DNA of 64,000 bases, taken from contig JAVZBY010000002.1 in NCBI GenBank assembly GCA_038874655.1, forward strand, positions 42,238 to 106,237, written 5' to 3'. The first letter of the stretch is position 1. Each line of letters opens with the position of its first letter. The stretch comes from Candidatus Woesearchaeota archaeon. Lineage in GTDB: Archaea; Nanobdellota; Nanobdellia; Woesearchaeales; GW2011-AR15. Below, one piece after another: positions 20,135-28,517 of this stretch. The position numbers and the translations under genes were made by a program. The notes beneath the pieces were generated by a model. The model saw only the letters and a program-made list of their open reading frames with translations, was not told the origin of the DNA and did not search any database.

Positions 20135-23100
20135 ATGTTTAAAAAGATAAAAAAAGAACTAAAAAAAGAGGAAAATAATAAAAATAAGGATAAAAATAGT
20201 GGCATATTTAGATTCATGTATAAATTTAAAAAAATAGATTTTGCTAAACTTAACTTAAATATAGAGATTATTCTTTCAAATTTATTAATTATTTTACTAA
20301 TTGTTATTGCTATAATTTCTTTACTAATTTTAAGAGATTTTATAGGATATGTTCCTGGCTATAATCAAGCTCAAGGTGGTAGAATTACAGAATTAAACAT
20401 ATATCAAGTTTATCCTGCAAGTATATGGAATGGTGTATATGGAATTGCATTACAAGCGCCTGTATTTAATACATCTTGGTTTATTTATGCAAATCCAGCA
20501 GGTATGTCTGAAATAAATCCTATTTATCCTTGTTTTGAGCCAGAGATTGAACATGAATTGTATGCAACCACTTTAAGCCCTTCACAAATAGTCTGGGAAA
20601 ATATTACAGCAGCAACACCACAAATGTTAGATGATTATGTGGGTATTTCTTATAATGAATCCATGTCAGCAACGAAAAATTTCATTTATACAATGACTGT
20701 TGATATTGGAACAAGAACAATTCCAAATGTTCCTACAATGTATTTAAGGCAATATGATAATCCAGGTAGCAGAGAATTTCCAGTAGGTATTTTACAATAT
20801 AATGGAAATATTATTATGGTTTCAAAAATAAACCCAAGTTATTTAACAGGCTATAGACCAGATAAAATCTTTAATTTTGAAATGATTGTTCCAGTTCCAA
20901 TTAATACAACTAATTTGAAATATAATTTATATGTTGATCCTTTTGATTACTGTCCTCAAGGAGAGGCAGGAGAGAAAAAAATTCCAAGTAATATTCAAGG
21001 TTATGTTAGAGATAATCAAACACAGCAATTATTAGAAAATGCATTGGTTGCAATAGGAACAAGAATTTATATTACTGGGCCAGATGGAATTTACAATATT
21101 ACTAACATACAACCAGGTAATTATTATATTGTAGCCATAAAAACAGGATTTAATAATTTTGTTTCTAATGTAACTATTCCAGAAAACACAACTATAGAAT
21201 ATAATATTAGTATGGAACTTTATCAAGAGCCATTAACAGGAACAGGCCCAGGAATTGGAACAGGGATTGGCCCTGGACAAGATGCACCAGGAACACAAAC
21301 AAAATCAGGTGAAGGTCCTGGAATTGGTCCAGGTATTGGTCCTGGAATTGGGCCTTTTATTGAAAAACCACAAGAATTTGGAATTGATCACTGGCTTTCT
21401 TTAGATAAATTAAAAAAGAAAATCAAGATTGGATATTTCTTTACAGATAATTTATTAATATTTAGTTTCAGAAAAGAAACAGCAAAAATACAAATAAAAA
21501 TTACAGGAAATGCATCAAAAATTTTAGAATTAAGTGATACACAAGCAACAATAGAACAAAATAAATATGCTAATATTACAATTAGAGGGTTTGGTTTAGA
21601 AAAAGGTGTTTATACTGGATTTTTAGAATTATCTGGAGATTTTAATGATACTTTGCCAATAGAAATAACAGTTACAGATGAAGAAAAATTACCTATTGAA
21701 GCAATGTTGATGCAATTAGATGTTTTAACAAAGCATCCATTAATGGGAAATAAGTTTAAATTTAGAGTGAATCTACAGAATTTATTAATAGAAGATTCTT
21801 ATAATGTAAGATTAGACTATTATATTAGAGGGGTTGAAGCAGAAACTTCTAATTATTCAATGTATGTTGGCAATGATACTTTAACATTGTTTACTTCAGA
21901 ATCAATAATAAAGGAAACATTTATTCCACCAGATTGGTCAAAAGGTGAATACTATTTAATTGTTGAAGCAAATTATTTAGATTTAAATGCAAGAACTTCT
22001 ACAATTTTTGAAGTTTATGAACCTATCTATAAATATAAAGTATTAGGTAAATTAGAATTGTGGAAATTATTATTAGCTTTATTGATTTTAGCTTTGTTAA
22101 TAATTATTATTTTATTGATTAGGCATAGAATTAATGCAACTAAAAGGTTCCATGCAAAAGTTGAATATAACCTATTGCCAAAAAAAGGTCCAAGATCTTT
22201 GTATGTAGGAAAAATTGCAGAAACAGAAATAGATACTTATTTTGATATGGATAAATTAACTGTTCATACTATTATAGCAGGTTCTACTGGAGGTGGTAAA
22301 TCTATTTCAGCACAAGTGATTGTAGAAGAATGTCTATTAAAAGGAGTTGCTGTTGTTGTTTTTGATCCTACAGCACAATGGACAGGAATGCTTAGAAAAT
22401 GTACAGATGAAAAAATGCTATCCTTTTACCCAAGATTCCATATGACTAAAAAAGATGCTCGTGCATTTAATGGAAACATCAGAGCAATAAAAAATCCTAG
22501 AGAAAAAATAGATTTAATGAAATATTGGAAACCTGGCGAAATCCAAGTATTCACTACAAGTACATTAGATCCAAAAGATATGGATATTTTTGTAGCTAAT
22601 ACAGTTAGAGAAGTATTCCATTCAAATTTACAAGAATACAGAGGATTAAGAATGTTAATGGTTTACGATGAAGTTCATAGATTATTGCCCAAATTTGGTG
22701 GCTCAGGTGAAGGTTTTGTCCAAATTGAAAGAGCATGTAGAGAATTTAGAAAATGGGGTATTGGTGTAATGCTAGTTTCACAAGTTTTAGCAGACTTCGT
22801 TGGACAAATTAAAGCTAACATTAACACAGAAATTCAAATGAAAACCAGGGATGAAGGTGATTTGCAAAGAATTGAAACAAAATACGGCAAAAGCTACATT
22901 CAAGAGTTAGTTAAAGCACCAGTAGGAAGTGGTATGGTGCAAAATTCTGATTGGAACAGAGGTAAACCCTATTATGTTACATTTAGACCAATTATGCACA
23001 GTGTAGTAAGATTAACAGATCAAGAATTAGAACAATACAATAAATATAATGAAATTGTTGATGATTTATCATATCAATTAGAACAATTAGAACAAGAAGG

Positions 23101-23794
23101 AAAAGATGTTTTTGATTTAAAATTAGAATTAAAATTAGCATTAGACAAAATAAAATCAGGAAGCTTTAACATGGTTGAAATTTATTTAGAAGGGTTAAAA
23201 CCAAGAATAGAAAAAATATGGCAAGAGCTTGGAAAAACACCTAAAAAAAGAGAAATTGAATTGGTTTCAGAAGAAGAGTTAAAATCAGCAATTGAATCAG
23301 CAAAAAAAGAAAGTGAGCAATTAAAAACAACACAAACAAATTCAGGAACCGAGGAGAAAAAAGTCCTCGGTTTAAATGACGAAGTTCCTCCAAACAAAAT
23401 ATTGAAATTAGTAAATGGCACATTAGTTGTTAAATTAAAAGCATTGTATGATGAAATAAACGCATTAAAAGATGAAGAATTTAAACAACATGTAAATGAA
23501 GACAAAAATGACTTTTCAGTGTGGATAAGAGATGCATTAAGCAATGACAAATGGGCTGATATTGCAGACACAATATTAACAAAAGAAGATTATTTAGCAT
23601 TTTTAGAAGCATTAGATCAAGGAAAAGAAAAAACCTTCAAAGTAAAAACACCAAGACCAAAACCCTTTTCAAGTAAAAAAGATACAGGGACAAATACACA
23701 ACAACAAAACACAAATCAAGAAAACACAAAACAACAAACAACAGAAAATCAATCTTCACAGAATTCGCAAACAAATCAACCAAATACAAATTAA
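20135..23794 (+). CDS. Extracellular-domain / TM / HerA-VirB4-like (DUF87) ATPase / DUF5752-like fusion protein
   Basis: N-terminal TM, ~570-aa beta-rich ectodomain and second TM. Walker A GSTGGGKS, VVVFDPT, Walker B MVYDEVH, REFRKWG Arg finger, VSQ; then HVNEDKNDF domain and Q/N/T tail. Confidence 0.9.
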   Translation: MFKKIKKELKKEENNKNKDKNSGIFRFMYKFKKIDFAKLNLNIEIILSNLLIILLIVIAIISLLILRDFIGYVPGYNQAQGGRITELNIYQVYPASIWNGVYGIALQAPVFNTSWFIYANPAGMSEINPIYPCFEPEIEHELYATTLSPSQIVWENITAATPQMLDDYVGISYNESMSATKNFIYTMTVDIGTRTIPNVPTMYLRQYDNPGSREFPVGILQYNGNIIMVSKINPSYLTGYRPDKIFNFEMIVPVPINTTNLKYNLYVDPFDYCPQGEAGEKKIPSNIQGYVRDNQTQQLLENALVAIGTRIYITGPDGIYNITNIQPGNYYIVAIKTGFNNFVSNVTIPENTTIEYNISMELYQEPLTGTGPGIGTGIGPGQDAPGTQTKSGEGPGIGPGIGPGIGPFIEKPQEFGIDHWLSLDKLKKKIKIGYFFTDNLLIFSFRKETAKIQIKITGNASKILELSDTQATIEQNKYANITIRGFGLEKGVYTGFLELSGDFNDTLPIEITVTDEEKLPIEAMLMQLDVLTKHPLMGNKFKFRVNLQNLLIEDSYNVRLDYYIRGVEAETSNYSMYVGNDTLTLFTSESIIKETFIPPDWSKGEYYLIVEANYLDLNARTSTIFEVYEPIYKYKVLGKLELWKLLLALLILALLIIIILLIRHRINATKRFHAKVEYNLLPKKGPRSLYVGKIAETEIDTYFDMDKLTVHTIIAGSTGGGKSISAQVIVEECLLKGVAVVVFDPTAQWTGMLRKCTDEKMLSFYPRFHMTKKDARAFNGNIRAIKNPREKIDLMKYWKPGEIQVFTTSTLDPKDMDIFVANTVREVFHSNLQEYRGLRMLMVYDEVHRLLPKFGGSGEGFVQIERACREFRKWGIGVMLVSQVLADFVGQIKANINTEIQMKTRDEGDLQRIETKYGKSYIQELVKAPVGSGMVQNSDWNRGKPYYVTFRPIMHSVVRLTDQELEQYNKYNEIVDDLSYQLEQLEQEGKDVFDLKLELKLALDKIKSGSFNMVEIYLEGLKPRIEKIWQELGKTPKKREIELVSEEELKSAIESAKKESEQLKTTQTNSGTEEKKVLGLNDEVPPNKILKLVNGTLVVKLKALYDEINALKDEEFKQHVNEDKNDFSVWIRDALSNDKWADIADTILTKEDYLAFLEALDQGKEKTFKVKTPRPKPFSSKKDTGTNTQQQNTNQENTKQQTTENQSSQNSQTNQPNTN
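21235..21354 (+). repeat. Gly-Pro linker repeats (GPGI)n in the ectodomain
   Basis: TGTGPGIGTGIGPG...GEGPGIGPGIGPGIGP; 12-nt degenerate DNA repeat ggtcctggaatt. Confidence 0.8.
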
Positions 23795-23850
23795 TAAATA
23801 AATACATAAAAAATTAATAAATCAATATTTAATAATATTATTAATAAAAA

Positions 23851-24747
23851 ATGGCACAAATTGAAACTAAAAGTTCAAATTACTTTTATCTAAAAGATGG
23901 AAGAATAATAAAAACAATAGAAGAACTTCCAGATATTTTAGAAAATACTAGTGATCAAGTTTTTTATGAACATGTTAATCTTTATAAAAATGATTTTGCT
24001 AAATGGGTTTATGAAGTTTTTAATGAAAATGAACTATCAAAATTATTGGGCAATATAAAATCAAAAGAAGAAACAATTAGAACATTGAGAGCATATCTTA
24101 AAATAAAAGAGCAGAAAAAATTAAAAGAAGAAAAACAAAACAAAAATGAAAACATAAACGAAAATCTTTCTATTCATCAAACAAATGAAACTTTCATAAA
24201 AAACACAGAAATAAAAATAGAAGACAAAAAAAAAGAAATAAATGAAACCTCACTAAAAAAAGAAATAAATGAAGAAAAAATAAATGAAACTCAAAACCAA
24301 TTTAATAATAATATAAAAAAAGAGATACAAAATAATAATGAAAAAATTTCTGATAAATTAGAAACTACTCTAAAAAGTCAAGAAACAATTTATAATGAAA
24401 ATAATACTGAAAACCCAGATGATTTCTTTAAGAAAAATCCAATCATAATTGATAACATCATAGAAGCAAAAAAAGAAAACATAGTTTTAGAACCATTAAC
24501 ATTTATAGATTATGATAAAAATAATCCCAAAAAAACAATAGAGATTTTCAAAGACACATATGCAAAAGCATACCAAAGAATGAGTTTTCTTAGAAAGTCA
24601 GGATTTGATACTTCTTTAGTAGAAATAATGTTATTTAGGGTTTTGCCAAAAATCAAATTATATGAATCAACAAACGAAGAAAAAGATGCCTTAACAGTAA
24701 AAAGATTAATTAATGAAGTAATAGAAGAGTTAAATAATTTAAAATAA
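23851..24747 (+). CDS. Cytoplasmic protein with N-terminal DUF5752-like domain and C-terminal helical hairpin
   Basis: FYLKDGRIIKTIEEL...FYEHVNLYKNDFAKWV, low-complexity linker, then LRKSGFDT helical domain. Confidence 0.8.
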   Translation: MAQIETKSSNYFYLKDGRIIKTIEELPDILENTSDQVFYEHVNLYKNDFAKWVYEVFNENELSKLLGNIKSKEETIRTLRAYLKIKEQKKLKEEKQNKNENINENLSIHQTNETFIKNTEIKIEDKKKEINETSLKKEINEEKINETQNQFNNNIKKEIQNNNEKISDKLETTLKSQETIYNENNTENPDDFFKKNPIIIDNIIEAKKENIVLEPLTFIDYDKNNPKKTIEIFKDTYAKAYQRMSFLRKSGFDTSLVEIMLFRVLPKIKLYESTNEEKDALTVKRLINEVIEELNNLK

Positions 24748-24927
24748 ACTATATTAAACATATATATGAAACAAACTAATAGTAATCATTTATGAATAAA
24801 AAAATAAAAAAGAAAAAATTATAAAGAAAAAAAATAAAATCTTATACATTAAAATAGCATTCAAATAAAATCAAGAATAATAAAAAAATTACAACCAAAA
24901 AATCAAATTTCACAAAAGAGGAAAAAA

Positions 24928-25983
24928 ATGTTTTTATTTAAACCGAAAGTTCCAAGAATTGAAGATCAAGAAGAAAAAAAAGAGGAACCTCAACAAGAAG
25001 AAAAATCAGAACAAGTTAATAGTTCTGCTGCTGCTTTATCAGCTGAAATTATAAAATTAAAAGCACAGTTTGATCAATTCTCAGAATTAAGAAAAGTAAT
25101 TAATGAGCAGATTGGAGAACTTAGAGGAATGATAATGGATACTAATAGATCAATGCAGGATGTTGAAATTAAAACAGTAAAAGCAGTTGATTTAGTTGAA
25201 GCAGTTCATCCAGATAAATTAATGGTAGAAGTTAGAAAACAAGATGCAAAAATAGAAGCACTAAAAGCAGGAATTGAGAGCAATGATTCAATAATGAAAT
25301 CTCTTATGGAGCAATTAAAAGATATGAGACATGAAATTTCAACATTCAGAGGTGTTGAGCAAGTAGTAAAATTAAATGAAGAAGTAAAAAAGGAATTAAT
25401 GGATATAAAAAAAATAGAAGCAACAGTTGAAAGACATTCTGATAAAATAGAAGGCATATTCATTGAAACACAAAAAAAATTCCAAGAATTTGATTCATTA
25501 AATGATAAATTCAAAGAATTGCAAAAACAAGTTTCAAGTTTATTAGAAAATTCTGATCAAGTTAAAGTTAAATTAGCAACAACAGCATCTAAAAAAGAAG
25601 TAGAAGACTTAGTAAATAAGTTTAATGACTTTGAAAAACATGTTGGTAATATTATTGATTTATTAACCAAAAGAACAGATGATACATTAAAAGAAATAGA
25701 TGAAAGATTCAAAAAATTAGAAAATAGCATGAATGATGCATTTGAAAAAAGATTAAAAAGAGCTGAATTAATGAACTCATTAATAGAAAAAATAGAAAAA
25801 GATGCACCAAGAATAGCAAAGGAATTACAAATAAGTGAAAAACTAAAAGAAGTTGAAATAAAAAAGATTGAAAGCCAACCAAGTCAAGAAATTAAAGAAA
25901 ATGTCCAAAATGTAGAATCAGAGAAAAAGGGATTTTTCGCAAAACTATTTGGTAAAAAAGAAGAAAAAAAAGATACTAAATAA
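24928..25983 (+). CDS. Long coiled-coil protein with C-terminal amphipathic membrane-targeting helix
   Basis: About 280 aa of heptads; ends KKGFFAKLFG (MinD-MTS-like); GAGG RBS. Confidence 0.75.
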   Translation: MFLFKPKVPRIEDQEEKKEEPQQEEKSEQVNSSAAALSAEIIKLKAQFDQFSELRKVINEQIGELRGMIMDTNRSMQDVEIKTVKAVDLVEAVHPDKLMVEVRKQDAKIEALKAGIESNDSIMKSLMEQLKDMRHEISTFRGVEQVVKLNEEVKKELMDIKKIEATVERHSDKIEGIFIETQKKFQEFDSLNDKFKELQKQVSSLLENSDQVKVKLATTASKKEVEDLVNKFNDFEKHVGNIIDLLTKRTDDTLKEIDERFKKLENSMNDAFEKRLKRAELMNSLIEKIEKDAPRIAKELQISEKLKEVEIKKIESQPSQEIKENVQNVESEKKGFFAKLFGKKEEKKDTK

Positions 25984-26049
25984 CTAAAAAATTAAAACTA
26001 AAAAACTTTAGAAAACTATTCCAAATAATAAAATAAAAGAGGTGTTCAA

Positions 26050-26589
26050 ATGGAATTTTTAATTTATATAATTTTAACTTTAAATTTTTCAATAACACTT
26101 ATGAGTTTATTTATTTGTTTTTATCTTTTATATCATTATTTTAAAGATAAGCATAAAAATTATACAATTCATTCATTAATCAAAGGGATTTATATTTTAA
26201 CATTTTTTCTTTTTATAGATACGTTATATAATACTTTTTTGAGTTTATCTCAATACGGATATATTAATCAAAAAATTTATTTTTTATTATCTTCATTTAA
26301 TTTGCAATTATTTCCTAAAATTGGCTTATTTTTTTCAACAACATATTTAGTATATTTTATTATGGAAAAAAGAATTGATGAAATTAAATCAAAAGAAGAC
26401 ACATTAAAAGAATTAAAGGAATTAAATCAGCAGTTAGAAAAAAAATTAATAGAAACAGAAAAAGCACAAGAGTTATTAGAAAAAAAGACACAGGAATTAG
26501 AAAAATATAATGAAATAGCAAAACAAAGAGAGCAAAAAATGTTGGAATTAATGAAAAAAATTGAAAAAATAGAGAAAAAAGTAAAATAA
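26050..26589 (+). CDS. 3-TM membrane sensor with C-terminal RELKM-type coiled coil
   Basis: Three TM helices then ELEKYNEIAKQREQKMLELMKKI; GAGGTG RBS. Confidence 0.75.
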   Translation: MEFLIYIILTLNFSITLMSLFICFYLLYHYFKDKHKNYTIHSLIKGIYILTFFLFIDTLYNTFLSLSQYGYINQKIYFLLSSFNLQLFPKIGLFFSTTYLVYFIMEKRIDEIKSKEDTLKELKELNQQLEKKLIETEKAQELLEKKTQELEKYNEIAKQREQKMLELMKKIEKIEKKVK

Positions 26590-26595
26590 TTATTT

Positions 26596-26793
26596 TTATT
26601 CTATCTTATTATCATTATTAGAAGGTGATTCACCTTTCCCTTTTTCTCTATAAAGCAATCTTACAGCATACTTTATTACATCTGTTCTTGATGTAAAATC
26701 TCCATTACTTTCTTTAACTAACTCGTCTATCTTTTTTGTTAGTCCTTCTGGAATTTTAATTGTATCATATTTAGTTCCTGTTTTTTTTCTCAT
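26596..26793 (-). CDS. Ribbon-helix-helix protein
   Basis: YDTIKIPEGLTKKIDELV...FTSRTDVIKYAVR; GGTGAG RBS. Confidence 0.88.
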   Translation of the reverse strand: MRKKTGTKYDTIKIPEGLTKKIDELVKESNGDFTSRTDVIKYAVRLLYREKGKGESPSNNDNKIE

Positions 26794-26992
26794 TTTCTCA
26801 CCATTACTATTTTTTAATTTTTAGATTTTAAAAAATAAAATCAAAATACTTAAAGATTTATATTAGATTTATATAAATTATATTTATTAAAAAATTAATT
26901 ATCTTAATAAATTTTTCCTAAAATAATACATATTTTCAATAAAAAATTAGTATTTTTAATTTTAATTAAAAAAATTTAAAATAATAAAAATA

Positions 26993-27142
26993 TTAAAACT
27001 TTAATGTTCTATTATAATTTATAATACAATGGGTAATATATTCACTTTCATTTTCAAATAAATCTCTATTCATTTCTACAATTCTTCTAACTTTCTCAAC
27101 TGTGTTTTTAGGCAATTTAACACTAACAAATTCAAGAGACAT
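26993..27142 (-). CDS. Ribbon-helix-helix protein, 49 aa
   Basis: Not in ORF track. Hand translation: MSLEFVSVKLPKNTVEKVRRIVEMNRDLFENESEYITHCIINYNRTLKF; GAGGTGA RBS at 27147-27153. Confidence 0.85.
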   Translation of the reverse strand: MSLEFVSVKLPKNTVEKVRRIVEMNRDLFENESEYITHCIINYNRTLKF

Positions 27143-27416
27143 TATATCACCTCTTTTCTGCTAAACATTTAATAAAAGTTTAATTTATTATTAAAAAATT
27201 ATTAATATTTATATTTTTCTTTTTTTAATTTTCTTCCATTGAATTTTTTTATATTTATTCTTGTTAAATTTATCAATTTTATTGATAAAAATATATAAAA
27301 ATTTATTTTTTTATAAAAAAATATTTAAATATCAAAAATATTGTAAAAAATTGATATTTTAATTAAATAGTTAGCTAATTGAAATTAGGAATTAGTAATT
27401 TTATTGAGTTGATCAT

Positions 27417-27644
27417 ATGGAAAAACCAAAACCAAAAAAAGAGAGAATTTGGCTTTATATAGATAAAGAAATATTAGATTGGGTTTATCAAAAGATGAAA
27501 GAAAAAGTCTATGCAGATGAATCCCATTGCTTTGAAAAACTAGTTATGGATGAAATTAACAGAGAAAAACAATTGAAAGATCAAAAAGAACTTTTAAATC
27601 AGAGCAATAAAAATCAAAACTCTAAGAATCTTAAAAAAGATTAA
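27417..27644 (+). CDS. RHH-like small DNA-binding protein
   Basis: KERIWLYIDKEILDWV...YADESHCFEKLV strand-helix-helix pattern. Confidence 0.7.
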   Translation: MEKPKPKKERIWLYIDKEILDWVYQKMKEKVYADESHCFEKLVMDEINREKQLKDQKELLNQSNKNQNSKNLKKD

Positions 27645-27670
27645 ATTAAAAATAAAAAAGAGGTTTAAAA

Positions 27671-28507
27671 ATGAATCAAAATTCAAACAATATTCAAATT
27701 AATGAATTAAAACAGGGTAATGAAAAATTAATTCCAGAAAAATCAAATGAAAAAAATAAAGAAATTTATTTTCTAACTGGAATTCAAGGTTTTGATGATT
27801 TAGTAGGAAAAGGATTTCCAAAAGGTTCACAAATTTTAGTTTCTGGCGGCCCTGGAACAATGAAAACAACATTTTGTTTACAAATTCTTACAAACCTATC
27901 AAAAAAAGGACACAAATGTTTATATCTAACCTTTGAAGAGCCAGAAGAAAATCTGATAAGAAATGTTTCTTCATACGGATGGAACATTCAAGATCTTATA
28001 AAGAACAAAAAACTAATGATAAAAAGTTTAGACCCATTTAAAATGTCTAGAAATGTTGAAACATTATTAGCACAAGCTCGTGGTGAATTACTAATTGAGA
28101 TAAATGAAGCAAAAAATTTATTGCCAAATGACTTTGATCCAGAATTTGTAGTTATTGATTCATTGTCAGCAATTTCAGCAGGTTTTTTCGGAAAAAAAGA
28201 AGGTTATAGGGCATATATGTCACAAATTTTTGACACTTTTAGAAAAATGAAAATTAACACTTTCTTAATCACAGAGATTGAGCATAGCACAACAAGATAT
28301 AGTCAAAGTGGTGTTGAAGAGTTCTTAGCAGATGGAGTGATTGCATTATACAATTTTAGACAAGGGAATCAAAGAATAAATGCAATTGAAATAATAAAAT
28401 TAAGAGGAGTAGAGCATAAAAAAAGAATCGTTCCTTTTAAAGCAATTGCAAATCAAGGAATTATAGTTTATCCATTAGAAGAATTATTTATACAAGATTC
28501 ACAATAA
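27671..28507 (+). CDS. KaiC/RAD55-family single-domain RecA-like ATPase
   Basis: TGIQGFDDL, Walker A GGPGTMKT, YLTFEE, VVIDSLS, EEFLADGVI and KLRG motifs. Confidence 0.92.
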   Translation: MNQNSNNIQINELKQGNEKLIPEKSNEKNKEIYFLTGIQGFDDLVGKGFPKGSQILVSGGPGTMKTTFCLQILTNLSKKGHKCLYLTFEEPEENLIRNVSSYGWNIQDLIKNKKLMIKSLDPFKMSRNVETLLAQARGELLIEINEAKNLLPNDFDPEFVVIDSLSAISAGFFGKKEGYRAYMSQIFDTFRKMKINTFLITEIEHSTTRYSQSGVEEFLADGVIALYNFRQGNQRINAIEIIKLRGVEHKKRIVPFKAIANQGIIVYPLEELFIQDSQ

Positions 28508-28517
28508 AAAAATAAAA

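Noticed and set aside
20135-23794. Canonical HerA DNA-repair helicase
   Set aside because: No HAS barrel, no nurA/mre11/rad50 neighbours, and it is membrane-spanning with an ectodomain.
16380-27644. RHH genes as toxin-antitoxin or integrated plasmid/virus markers
   Set aside because: No toxin, integrase, replication, capsid or att-site evidence seen in the window.
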